A stretch of DNA of 64,000 bases from Alphaproteobacteria bacterium (GCA_963665325.3 CAXXWS020000002.1:448001-512000); one strand, 5' to 3'. Shown: positions 19,288-28,330, counted from the first letter of the stretch. A program made the numbers and translations. The notes: generated by a model from the letters alone, not told the origin.

Positions 19288-20580
19288 ATGCCCGGCGCGC
19301 CGGCTTCCGTCCCTCGCGACACGCATCAACCCGCCGAAGCGGCGGACTGCAACTGCAACAGCGGCAAGTCCGCGGACGCTACGCCGCCCGTCCGTTCATA
19401 TTCCTGGCACGCGCGGCGCCGGCTCGCCACGCGCGGCCTCTGCCTGAACTGCGGCCAGGTGCCCCCGGCGGACGGCGCGAAATACTGCTCCGGCTGCATC
19501 GAGCGCCGCCGCGCCAGCGACCGCAAGGCCGCCCGCAAACGCCGCCTGCTGCGCCGTAACCGCGGCCTCTGCGCAGAGTGCGGCGCCGTGGCCGAAAAGC
19601 CCCGCCAGCGGCTCTGCGAGGCCTGCAACGACAAACACCGGGCCGTGAGCCGCCGGCGCCAGCAAGACCGAAAGGAAGAACGGAAGCGGGCAGGCCTGTG
19701 CGTACAGTGCGGAGGCAGGGCGCCGGCCGAAGGCAATGCGAGCTGCGACGACTGCCTCGCCCAGCGCCGGCTGGCATACCGCGTCCGCATCGACCGCCGC
19801 CGGCGCCAGGGCGACCGTTCGCTCTGCATCGAGTGCGGCAAGGCGCCCCCGGCTCCCGGCCGCCGCCGCTGCCCGGACTGCCAGCCGCTCACCGCCGGGC
19901 GCGACAGGGACGCCGCCAGACACCGCCGGGAGGCCCGCCGCTCTGTCGGCCTCTGCACAGTCTGCGGGCAGCATTCCGCCGTCCGCGGACGCACGGCCTG
20001 CGAGGCCTGCCTCGCGGGCTGGCTTGACCAGTACAACCGCAAGACCCTGGCCCGCGTCGCGCAAGGCCTTTGCATCCGGTGCGGGAAAGAGCCCCCGGCA
20101 ACCGGGTTCACCGCGTGCGAGCCCTGCCGGGACAGCCACCGCGCCGCCAGTCTTGCGAAGTGGCGCCGGCGCACTGCCGAACGCCGCGCCATGCAGCGCT
20201 GCATACGCTGCGGCGAGGATCTCGCCGACGGGGAGCAGGAGGTCTGCGAGCCCTGCCGCGACACCCAGCGCCTGAGCGCGCGCCGGCGTGCCGACCGCCG
20301 CAAGGCGCTGGGCGTCTGCGTTCGCTGCGGGCGGCGCCCCGCCGGGCGAGGAGCGCGCGACTGCGGCCCCTGCCGCGACCGCCAGCGCGCCTACGCCTGG
20401 CGCGGCATGCCCGACCTGCCGCCCCGCTACACCGTGATCGAGATCGCCACCGGCACCGATCACGGCACCTGGGAAACCGTCCAGGAGGTCGCGGGCGCGC
20501 TCGCCTATGCGAAGCTGACGCTCGACGACGTCGAGATCCTGACCGACGCCGCGCCCATGGCCGCCTTCAGGAGCTGGTGA
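19288..20580 (+). CDS. Tandem C4 zinc-finger repeat protein A (8 x CxxC-x11-CxxC plus basic helix)
   Basis: Eight GLC..CG..P...G...C..C repeats; AGGAG RBS; 59-aa C-terminal tail shared with its paralogue. Confidence 0.8.
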   Translation: MPGAPASVPRDTHQPAEAADCNCNSGKSADATPPVRSYSWHARRRLATRGLCLNCGQVPPADGAKYCSGCIERRRASDRKAARKRRLLRRNRGLCAECGAVAEKPRQRLCEACNDKHRAVSRRRQQDRKEERKRAGLCVQCGGRAPAEGNASCDDCLAQRRLAYRVRIDRRRRQGDRSLCIECGKAPPAPGRRRCPDCQPLTAGRDRDAARHRREARRSVGLCTVCGQHSAVRGRTACEACLAGWLDQYNRKTLARVAQGLCIRCGKEPPATGFTACEPCRDSHRAASLAKWRRRTAERRAMQRCIRCGEDLADGEQEVCEPCRDTQRLSARRRADRRKALGVCVRCGRRPAGRGARDCGPCRDRQRAYAWRGMPDLPPRYTVIEIATGTDHGTWETVQEVAGALAYAKLTLDDVEILTDAAPMAAFRSW

Positions 20581-20715
20581 CGCCGCCTCGCATCCCCTTC
20601 CCGGTCCCCGGCAGCCGCAACGCCGCCAAGGTCGGGAAGGGGTTGTTCGTGCGATCCGCGCGGGTCCGCCATTGGCAACCGCCCGCGCCCGTTTCCCGAT
20701 CAGGAGATATCGCAC

Positions 20716-21027
20716 ATGCCCGGCATGCCCGTTTCCGTCCTTCGCCCCGATGCGAACACCTTTCTGACGCACGTCTTCGGCCGCGGCCTCCAGGACAAGA
20801 CCTATGTGGTCGAGCGCTACCGCACCGGCATCGACGGCGAGATCCGGCGCCTGCCGGGCGGCAGGGGCCATCCGCTCACCCTCTCGCTGGCGACCGTCCG
20901 GGAGCTGCGCCCGGCGCGCAACGAGATCCTGATCTGCCGGTGCGAGAAAAAGCCGGACTCCGGCATCCAGTACTGGGGGGTGTGGGCGACCGGGCTCTTC
21001 GCGGAGGGCAGGCGCAAGGGGCGCTGA
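20716..21027 (+). CDS. Hypothetical protein (103 aa)
   Basis: AGGAG RBS; follows motif copy 3. Confidence 0.75.
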   Translation: MPGMPVSVLRPDANTFLTHVFGRGLQDKTYVVERYRTGIDGEIRRLPGGRGHPLTLSLATVRELRPARNEILICRCEKKPDSGIQYWGVWATGLFAEGRRKGR

Positions 21028-21137
21028 GGCGTTCACGCTCCGGCGCCTCGGTTCTCCCCTTCCCGGTCAGCAAGGTCGGGAAGGGGTTTTTCCTTCCGAA
21101 CCCGCCGTCGCTCGCTTTCCAGTCGTCAGGATCCGCC

Positions 21138-22322
21138 ATGGCACCGAGCCGCACCACCCAGCTGCGCCACGCCCGCCGCGAGGCAGGCCTTTGCCAGGAA
21201 TGCGGACAGGTCCCCCCGGAGGGCAACTCCACGCACTGCGCCGCTTGCAGCCAGCGCCGGCGCGAAAACAGGCGCCGGTCCCAGCAAAAGCGCCGCATGC
21301 GTCTTCGCGAACGCCTGCTCTGCCTGGACTGTGCCAAAGCCGCGCCCGAGCCTGGCCGCGCCCGTTGCTCTTCCTGCGCCGAAACGCACCGCACCGCCAC
21401 CAGGCACACCAACCGGCTCCTCCGCGAAACCCGGCTCAAGGCCGGCCTCTGCCGCCAATGCGGCCAGAAGCCTGCGGCGCCCGGCAATGCCACCTGCGAC
21501 GACTGCCTTGCCGCGCGCCGCCAAGCCTACCGCGCCAGCACCGCCAGGAAACGCCGCCGCACTGACCCCTCTGTCTGCCTTGACTGCGGCAACAACTCTG
21601 CGGCCCCCGGCAAACCCCGTTGCCCCGCATGTGTTCGTCTCGCCGCCAGGGCCCTCCGCGACCGGCTCCGCGCGGCCGGCATCTGCACAACGTGTACGGC
21701 ACGCCCCGTCACCGACGGTCACACCACCTGCGGTCACTGCCGGGACGCCAATCTCGCCTGGTTTCACCGCGAACAGGGCCGCCGCAAATCCGAAGGCCTC
21801 TGCCGCAAGTGCGGGCAGCAACCTCCCCTTGCGGGATTCACGCTCTGCCTGCCATGCCGCGAGAAGAGCCGCTTCGCTGGCCATGCGACCTGGGTCCGGC
21901 AAACGACGGAACGCCTGACATGCGGGTTATGCGTGCGTTGCGGGCAACATCCCGCTGCGGAGGGCGTCCGTGAATGTCCCGCTTGCCGTGAATACTCCCG
22001 CTCACGGGCGCTGGCCTATTACCGCCGAACGTCGTCCGAACGAAAGGCGCTGGGCCTTTGCGTCCGTTGCGGCAGGCGGCCCCCCGAACGCGGCACGCTC
22101 GACTGCGGTCCCTGTGGCGACAAGCAGCGCGCCCGCGAGTATCGCGGCATGCCCGACCTGCCCGACCGGTACACCCTGATCGAGATCGCGACCGGAACCG
22201 ATCACGGCACCTGGGACAACCTCCAGGAAGTCGCGGGCGCGCTGGCCTACGCGAAGCTCACGCTCGACGACGTCGAGATCGTCACCGACGCCGGGCCCAT
22301 GGCCGCCTTCAGGAGCTGGTGA
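21138..22322 (+). CDS. Tandem C4 zinc-finger repeat protein B (8 repeats)
   Basis: Same architecture and near-identical tail as 19288-20580; AGGA RBS. Confidence 0.8.
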   Translation: MAPSRTTQLRHARREAGLCQECGQVPPEGNSTHCAACSQRRRENRRRSQQKRRMRLRERLLCLDCAKAAPEPGRARCSSCAETHRTATRHTNRLLRETRLKAGLCRQCGQKPAAPGNATCDDCLAARRQAYRASTARKRRRTDPSVCLDCGNNSAAPGKPRCPACVRLAARALRDRLRAAGICTTCTARPVTDGHTTCGHCRDANLAWFHREQGRRKSEGLCRKCGQQPPLAGFTLCLPCREKSRFAGHATWVRQTTERLTCGLCVRCGQHPAAEGVRECPACREYSRSRALAYYRRTSSERKALGLCVRCGRRPPERGTLDCGPCGDKQRAREYRGMPDLPDRYTLIEIATGTDHGTWDNLQEVAGALAYAKLTLDDVEIVTDAGPMAAFRSW

Positions 22323-22426
22323 CGCCGGCCCCATCCCCTTCCCGCCCCGGCAGCCGCATGGCCGCCAAAGGTCGGGAAGGGGCTTGTCGAGGGTGACTGC
22401 AAACAGCCACCCGGAGGACATATCCG

Positions 22427-22693
22427 ATGCCCGAGCCCGCCCCCTCGATGCGCACGTTCCGGATCGACGGAATCGGCCATGCCGGCGAGACCCTCGACAC
22501 CTGGTTCGTCGAGGCCCCCTGTTCCCGGCAGGCGCTGTCCCGCCTCTCCGAGAGCCTGGCGGACCGCGCCGAAACCGCCGGCTGGCGCCTCTACACGCTC
22601 CAGTACTGCGCCGATATCCGCATCGACGAAGTCGACGCCGCGCTGGCGTCCCCCGGCGCTGCCGCCTATATTCCGCAACAGGGAGTCGCCTGA
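22427..22693 (+). CDS. Hypothetical protein (88 aa)
   Basis: GGAGG RBS; follows motif copy 5. Confidence 0.72.
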   Translation: MPEPAPSMRTFRIDGIGHAGETLDTWFVEAPCSRQALSRLSESLADRAETAGWRLYTLQYCADIRIDEVDAALASPGAAAYIPQQGVA

Positions 22694-22696
22694 TCC

Positions 22697-23065
22697 ATGG
22701 CCATGACCGCATTCGAAACCGCCACGCTGGCATTCCAGAAGGCGACCGTCGCTTTCCAGGAATCCACCATGCGGTTCCAGGAATCCACTATCGGATTCCA
22801 GAACGCTTCCCTCGAGCTGCAACGCGACGGTCTCTATCTCCAGGAGGCCGCCATCTACGTCCAGGCCGGCGTCGGCCTTCTTCAGGCTGCCCTGATCGGC
22901 TACGGGCTCTGGATGATGCACCGCGCGTCCACGGACCGGAACCGCCTCATGGACGAAGAACGTGTTCGCGCCGATCGGCGACATGAGGAAGCCATGACCG
23001 CCCTCAAGGAGCTGATCGCGCGCACGGCGTCCCCCTCCTCTCCTCCCGGCGCCAGCGCCGCTTGA
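22697..23065 (+). CDS. Heptad-repeat membrane protein
   Basis: FETATLA/FQKATVA/FQESTMR/FQESTIG/FQNASLE heptads followed by a hydrophobic helix. Confidence 0.7.
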   Translation: MAMTAFETATLAFQKATVAFQESTMRFQESTIGFQNASLELQRDGLYLQEAAIYVQAGVGLLQAALIGYGLWMMHRASTDRNRLMDEERVRADRRHEEAMTALKELIARTASPSSPPGASAA

Positions 23066-23198
23066 CCCGCCGGGCGTTCTTCGCCCCGCATCTCCTTCCC
23101 TTCCTGCCCGTTCCCGGCCGCTGCGGCATTCACGCCGCAAAGGTCGGGGACGGGTTTTTCGGGTGGTGCCAACCAGTTCCACCGAAAGGGCTTGAGCG

Positions 23199-23552
23199 AT
23201 GCAGCACATGAACGAGACCATCCGCAGCGTGCTGGCCGCGCACGGCATCGAGCGAAGATTCGCTGTCCTGCTCGCGGACCACGCAAGCAGCAATTTCAAC
23301 GAGCATTCCTACCTGGTCGAGTGGCCGGGCGAGCTCGGCGGCGCGCTCGTCTACCGGAGCGAGGAGGCCTGGCGAGCCGCCGCGGGCGACGACGCCTCCT
23401 GCTTCGACCTCTGGCCCTGGGCCGTCGAGGAAGTCTGCACCGATTACATGTACGCGGCGATGTACGAGGCCGGAATGTTCGACGAACACGGCGAGGTGGC
23501 GGAGGACTGCCCCCAGCGCGAAGCGGCGATCCAACTCTGCCTGGGCAACTGA
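23199..23552 (+). CDS. Acidic hypothetical protein (117 aa)
   Basis: Follows motif copy 6; rich in Glu, Asp and aromatic residues. Confidence 0.72.
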   Translation: MQHMNETIRSVLAAHGIERRFAVLLADHASSNFNEHSYLVEWPGELGGALVYRSEEAWRAAAGDDASCFDLWPWAVEEVCTDYMYAAMYEAGMFDEHGEVAEDCPQREAAIQLCLGN

Positions 23553-23682
23553 CCGGTCCGGCATTCCGGTCGGCGCTTCCCCATCCCCGGCCTTTGCGGC
23601 ATCGACGCTGCGAAGGTGGGGAAGGGGCTTTTCGCGGTGAGTTCGAGCAACTCGCAATCAACCAGTTGCAGGGAGCAACACC

Positions 23683-24102
23683 ATGAACGGCCTGAACCGC
23701 GTCGACCTGATCGGCAACCTCGGCGGCAACCCCGAGATCCGGACCATGCAGAACAGCAGCGAGGTCGCCAATTTCTCCATCGCCACCAACGAGGTCTACA
23801 AGGACCGCCAGACCGGCGAGTACAAGGAGCTCACCGAGTGGCACCGGATCGTCGTCTACCAGCAGGGTCTCATCGACATGCTGAAGAAGCACGGCGAGAA
23901 GGGCCGCCTGGCGCACATCACCGGCAAGCTGCGCACCCGCAAGTGGACGGACCGCGACGGCAACGACCGCTACTCCACCGAGATCGTGGTCGGCCCCCGC
24001 GGCTGCATCAACTTCCTCGACCCCAAGCGGGACGGGGCGGGGAACGGAAACCGTCCGCCGGCGCCGCCCCCGGAAGCCTATCAGGACGATTTCGCCGCCT
24101 GA
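23683..24102 (+). CDS. ssb: Single-stranded DNA-binding protein
   Basis: NRV.LIGNLG..PE, TEWHRIV, G.LRTRKW.D..G..RYSTEI and an acidic tail (DDF). Confidence 0.95.
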   Translation: MNGLNRVDLIGNLGGNPEIRTMQNSSEVANFSIATNEVYKDRQTGEYKELTEWHRIVVYQQGLIDMLKKHGEKGRLAHITGKLRTRKWTDRDGNDRYSTEIVVGPRGCINFLDPKRDGAGNGNRPPAPPPEAYQDDFAA

Positions 24103-24115
24103 GCGAACGCCCCCC

Positions 24116-24150
24116 AGCCCCGGAACCCGAGGGTTCCGGGGCTTCTTCCT
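24116..24150 (+). terminator. Intrinsic terminator-like hairpin after ssb
   Basis: agccccggaaccc-ga-gggttccggggct followed by a pyrimidine run; similar hairpins close other cassettes at 24675-24700, 27274-27306 and 27941-27970. Confidence 0.7.
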
Positions 24151-24406
24151 TGTACGCTCAGCAACGTCCCGGGGCCCGCCTCGGCGCGTTTTTTCGTTGC
24201 CCCCGTCCGCGGGTCCCCCGCACTTCGGTGACCTCCGTCTTCCCGGGCTGGGCCCGGAAGGGATGGCGGAACGCGGCCGCTCTTTGCTGATCGCCGGAGC
24301 GCCGCCCCGGTCCGGAGAAGGTGGGGAAGGGGTTTTCCGGGCGGCATTGCGGGCCTCGCTCCTGCTTGCCCTCGTGCTACAATCCCCCACAGAAAGGAGC
24401 TGCACC

Positions 24407-24664
24407 ATGACCGCAGCCGATCTCGCCCCCTGGACAACGCCCGCGATCACCATCGCCCTCATCGCCTGGCTCCGCATGGACCTCGGCAAGCGCATCGACC
24501 GTCTCGAGGAGCGAATGGACCGGCGCATCGACGGCATCAACGCGCGTCTCCGTGCCCTGGAAATCGCCGTCGGCGCCATGGCGGCCAAGCTCGACCTGCT
24601 CGAGCGCTACTTCCTGCGGCCGAACGAGCCTCTCGACAAGCCGTCCCCGGAAGCGTCCGAGTAG
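24407..24664 (+). CDS. Small TM plus coiled-coil protein (85 aa)
   Basis: AAAGGAG RBS; TGnTACAAT extended -10-like box upstream. Confidence 0.78.
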   Translation: MTAADLAPWTTPAITIALIAWLRMDLGKRIDRLEERMDRRIDGINARLRALEIAVGAMAAKLDLLERYFLRPNEPLDKPSPEASE

Positions 24665-24945
24665 CTTCCCCCTGACCCCGGCCTCCGCGCCGGGGTTTTT
24701 CCATTCCGACGATCCAGCGCCTCGGGCCCCGCCCCCGGGGCGCTTTTTCGTGCCCCCGTTCCCGGCCTGCCCGTACTGCCGGGCGTCCCGCATGCCGGGC
24801 GCTGGCCGGGAAGCGTTCTGTGCGGCCGGCCGTCGCCCATCAGCCGCCGTCGTGCCGGCCGCGAGGCAAGAAAGGTGGGGAAGGGGTCTGTCGGGCGGTA
24901 TCGCGGCCATCCCGGTCGCGACCGCAGCCCGAAAGGATTTTCGGA

Positions 24946-25122
24946 ATGACCGTTCTGCTGGACCTCGCCTTCGACGCGATCGACGATCGCCACGCCGTCG
25001 CCGAGCTCGGACTCGATGCGCTCCCCCTCCGCGACAGCGTCCTGGAGGACAGCCTGCCCCGCTGGGGAGACCAGGCGACCCTGTTCCCCTGGGAGCCCGA
25101 TACCGCCGGAGACGCCGGCTGA
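24946..25122 (+). CDS. Small acidic protein (58 aa)
   Basis: AAAGGA RBS; follows motif copy 9. Confidence 0.6.
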   Translation: MTVLLDLAFDAIDDRHAVAELGLDALPLRDSVLEDSLPRWGDQATLFPWEPDTAGDAG

Positions 25123-25747
25123 ACCCTGTCGCCCCGATGCCCCCCGGCGTCGGGGCGATCGTTCTGTACCGGCTCACCGCCGCGGCCCCCCGGTCCGTGC
25201 CTATATGCCTGCCGGCAGTCGCTTCGCTCCGGTAGCGGCATCGTGGGCGGGGATGGCCGGTCCGGAGCCGGGCCGCATCGAACCCGCCGTCCGGTCGCAG
25301 GCTCCCTCCCGTCACGTCCGCTGCTGACCGCCCGGTTCCAGACCGGCTGCGGGGACGCCGGGCCGCGACCGCCGCGCCGGGCGGGCTTCGCCCTTCCCCC
25401 CGTCACGCCGCCCGCTTGAGGCCCGGCTTGAATCTGAAATCGACACCCTCGCTGCGCTCGCCCGGCGCAGGCGCCGGATGAGGGCCGCTTCGCGCCCTGG
25501 CGGAGCGTGCTGCGCACGCGGGAGGCCGGTCGTGGCCTTCGGCATGCCGGGGGCGCTGCGCTGTGACCCCCCGGCAGGCCGAAAGCCGTTGGTGGGGGGC
25601 AGGGGCAGCCGGAGGCATGGCGGCATGGGGAGACCTGGAAATGCAACCCGCGACCTCGGGCAGGCCTGGAAAAGGTGGGGAAGGGGTTGTTCGGGTGGAT
25701 TCGCGGCCAATCCGGTCGGCGACGGTGATCCGGAAGGAGGATCGGTC

Positions 25748-26776
25748 ATGGCGGTCATGCATGGAGGCATTTCGCTGCAGGAGCTGGCAGCGCGGCTGGC
25801 GACCGAGATCGAGGCGGTCTGCGCCTACTATCTGCCGAACGGCCGGCGTGACGGCCCGTTCTGGCAGGTGGGCAGCGTCGCGGGCGAGCCCGGCAGCTCG
25901 CTGCGCGTCAATCTGGCGGGCCGGCTGCGCGGGCGCTGGAAGGACTGGGCGAACGGGCGGGATCGCGGCGACGCGCTGGACCTGATCCGCGCGGCCCGGG
26001 ACCTGGCGTCGGTCGGCGAGGCCGCGAAGGAGGCCCGGCGCTTCCTGTCCCTGCCCGATGCCGAGCGCCCGGCTTCGGTCGTGTCCGTTGCGGCATGCCG
26101 GCCGGTGAACCGGGCGGGCCTGGAGCAGGTGCTGGCCCGTTCGCGCGCGATCTGCGCCGACGACCCGGCCGGGCGCTATCTCGCCTCGCGCGGGCTGGCG
26201 GTGGACGACGCGCGGGACGCCGGCCTGCGGTTCCGGCCCGACGCCTGGGTGCAGGTGGACGGGCAGAAGCTGGAACTGCCGGCCCTGCTGGCGCCGATCC
26301 GCGCGCCGGACGGGACGCTGGAGGGCCTGCAGCGCATCTTCCTCGCCCCGGACGGCGGGAAGGCGGCGATCGCGGACCCGAAGCGGACCAGCGGGCGGCT
26401 CCACTCCGGCGCCGTGTGGTGGCCTGCTGCCGACGATGCGCGGCACGTGGTGCTGACCGAGGGCGTGGAGGACGCGCTCGCGGTCCGCCGGGCCCTGGGC
26501 GCGCATGGCCGCCGGCATATCGCCATCGCGGCTGCCGTGTCCGCCGGGCGCATCCCGCAGGTCGCCCTGCCGCCCGGCACGGTGCGGGTCACGCTGGTGC
26601 AGGATCGGGACCGCGCGGGCGAGGAGGCCTGGGCCGCGCTGGTCAACAGGCATGCCGGCCCGGATGTGCTGGTCGGGCGCCTCGTCGCCGGCGCGAAGGA
26701 TGCGAATGACGACCTCCTCCGGCTCGGCCCCGCCGGATATCGCCGGCTGCTGCTCTGCGGGGGCCTGCCGGCCTGA
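25748..26776 (+). CDS. Toprim-domain (primase-like) protein, copy 2
   Basis: Paralogue of 17419-18447 with the same 1029-nt length; AAGGAGG RBS. Confidence 0.85.
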   Translation: MAVMHGGISLQELAARLATEIEAVCAYYLPNGRRDGPFWQVGSVAGEPGSSLRVNLAGRLRGRWKDWANGRDRGDALDLIRAARDLASVGEAAKEARRFLSLPDAERPASVVSVAACRPVNRAGLEQVLARSRAICADDPAGRYLASRGLAVDDARDAGLRFRPDAWVQVDGQKLELPALLAPIRAPDGTLEGLQRIFLAPDGGKAAIADPKRTSGRLHSGAVWWPAADDARHVVLTEGVEDALAVRRALGAHGRRHIAIAAAVSAGRIPQVALPPGTVRVTLVQDRDRAGEEAWAALVNRHAGPDVLVGRLVAGAKDANDDLLRLGPAGYRRLLLCGGLPA

Positions 26777-27008
26777 GCCACGATGCCCGGCGCCATCGGC
26801 GTCGGGCATCTGTTGCGTACCGGTCCGGGGCGCAGTTGGCGCCGGCCCCGCCGCGCCGTGGCGGTGGATGGCCGCGGAACGGGCCTGGAAGGGAATGGCG
26901 GGGCGTTCGGGGGATTTCGGCTGCCCGTACGCGCCGGGGCCGGCCGATGCGGCCGGGAGAAAGGTGGGGAAGGGGCTGTTGGGGTAAATCCCGAACAGGA
27001 GAGAGACG

Positions 27009-27266
27009 ATGAACGGCGACGCATACTGGACCGTGGACATCCTGCTGCCCTACTACACCGGCGGGCAGCGCTGGCGGGTCGTGCATGGCGGCGGGAGCGA
27101 GCAGCTCGCCCGGCGCATGCTGGACGCGGAGCGCCGGAACGGCAACCGCGCGCGCCTGCGCTGCTGGACAGCCGAGGTCGTGGACGCCGATGAGGTGCAA
27201 GACCTCGCCGAAGCGGTCCCCGTTCCTCAGCCTGCCGACCGGCTGGACAACGCGGTCCCCTTCTGA
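27009..27266 (+). CDS. Hypothetical protein (85 aa) ending in an SSB-like acidic tail (DNAVPF)
   Basis: AGGAG RBS; follows motif copy 11. Confidence 0.72.
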   Translation: MNGDAYWTVDILLPYYTGGQRWRVVHGGGSEQLARRMLDAERRNGNRARLRCWTAEVVDADEVQDLAEAVPVPQPADRLDNAVPF

Positions 27267-27599
27267 AGCAGAGAGCCCCGGCGCCTCCGGCGCCGGGGCT
27301 TCTTCTATGTACCGCTCCGGCGGCCTCCTCCCGGGCGGCCGGGAGACCGGCTCCGCTATCCGGAACCCTGGCGGGGCCTCCGCAGGCTCCGGCCCCGCCA
27401 GGAACCCGGAAGACTGCGCCTGGAAGTTCCTCCTGACGGCGACGTCTGGCGCAAGCGCCAGGTCGCTTCGCTCCCGGGCCGGGAAGGAGGAATGCTGTCG
27501 GCCGGCGCTTCGGCGGCGAAATCCAAAAGGTAGGGAAGGGGTTGTTCGGGTGGAATTGCGGTCAATCCCGGCCGCGATCGCGAAGAGATGGAGACAGCG

Positions 27600-27932
27600 A
27601 TGTCGATTCCCGCCAACCGGGCCCTCGTGCCGTTCCGCCCGTTCCTGATCGTCCGCGTGGCCGAGTTCGATGACGAGCCCGCCGAGATCCGCACCGCTGC
27701 CAGCCGCGAGGACTGCGAGCGCGCCCTGTTCGACTGGATCGAGGAGAGCGTCGTCCCCAACGAGATCTCCGGCGGGTCCTTCAATCCCGGTGAGGGCTGT
27801 TACACCTTCGCCGCCAGTGAATATGGCGAGCTTCGCCACCAGCGGACCGAACGCCCGGACGGAGGCTGCCACTTCGGTCCCTGGGCCGAAGAAGCCCGTC
27901 CCGCCGCCGGCAACGACCCGTGGCCGTTCTGA
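27600..27932 (+). CDS. Hypothetical acidic protein ending DPWPF
   Basis: GGAG RBS; follows motif copy 12; terminator downstream. Confidence 0.7.
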   Translation: MSIPANRALVPFRPFLIVRVAEFDDEPAEIRTAASREDCERALFDWIEESVVPNEISGGSFNPGEGCYTFAASEYGELRHQRTERPDGGCHFGPWAEEARPAAGNDPWPF

Positions 27933-28149
27933 TCCCGATCGCCCGGCGCCGAAAGGCGTCGGGCTTTCTTCATGTTGCGGTCGCCGGGACGGCTCGCCCT
28001 CAACGCTGCGTTGCGCCCCGTCCGGCTCCCGCATTACCTGCCGGAGCCCGGGGTTTCCTGCCGATTGTCCGGCCCGCACCCCGCTTCACCCATCGGGGCC
28101 CCTTGCGCCGATCCGCGCCGCTGCCCTATCCTTCGCTCATGAGGTATGC

Positions 28150-28330
28150 CCTGGAGAATGTCGAGAAAATAGGTTGGCACACCTGTGCACCCAGGTGCAA
28201 TTCAAACTATCAACAATTTCAACGACTTATCCGGTCGATGAAATTCGGAAGGCGCGGCACACGGAACCCGGAGGACCAGCCGCCCGGTGGATGTATCCGG
28301 GGAGCACCGATCGCATGCTCCGATCGGCCA
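28150..28330. promoter_or_regulatory. Candidate oriT / relaxase promoter region
   Basis: AT-rich non-coding island between the cassette array and the relaxase genes; short inverted repeats cacctg-N6-caggtg (28180-28197) and ccgatcg...cgatcgg; nic site not identified. Confidence 0.4.

Larger units (their letters stand above)
18523..27560 (+). repeat. Twelve dispersed copies of the intergenic motif AAGGT(C/G)GGGAAGGGG(T/C)T(T/G)TTCG
   Basis: Copies start at 18523, 19208, 20628, 21072, 22368, 23140, 23613, 24318, 24872, 25672, 26961 and 27527; all on the + strand, 48-96 nt upstream of an ATG. Confidence 0.92.

Noticed and set aside
16543-19329. Long antisense or alternate-frame ORFs (e.g. 928 aa here, 960 aa at 51766-54648, 729 aa at 36747-38936)
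   Set aside because: Shadow ORFs expected in very GC-rich DNA; they overlap well-supported genes and consist of R/P/A/G-rich sequence without motifs
20401-22380. DGR template/variable repeat pair
   Set aside because: No reverse transcriptase; both copies are coding, and the differences are not adenine-specific
18523-27560. Integron with attC sites
   Set aside because: No IntI tyrosine recombinase, no RYYYAAC/GTTRRRY ends, and the motifs sit upstream of genes that have their own RBS and terminators
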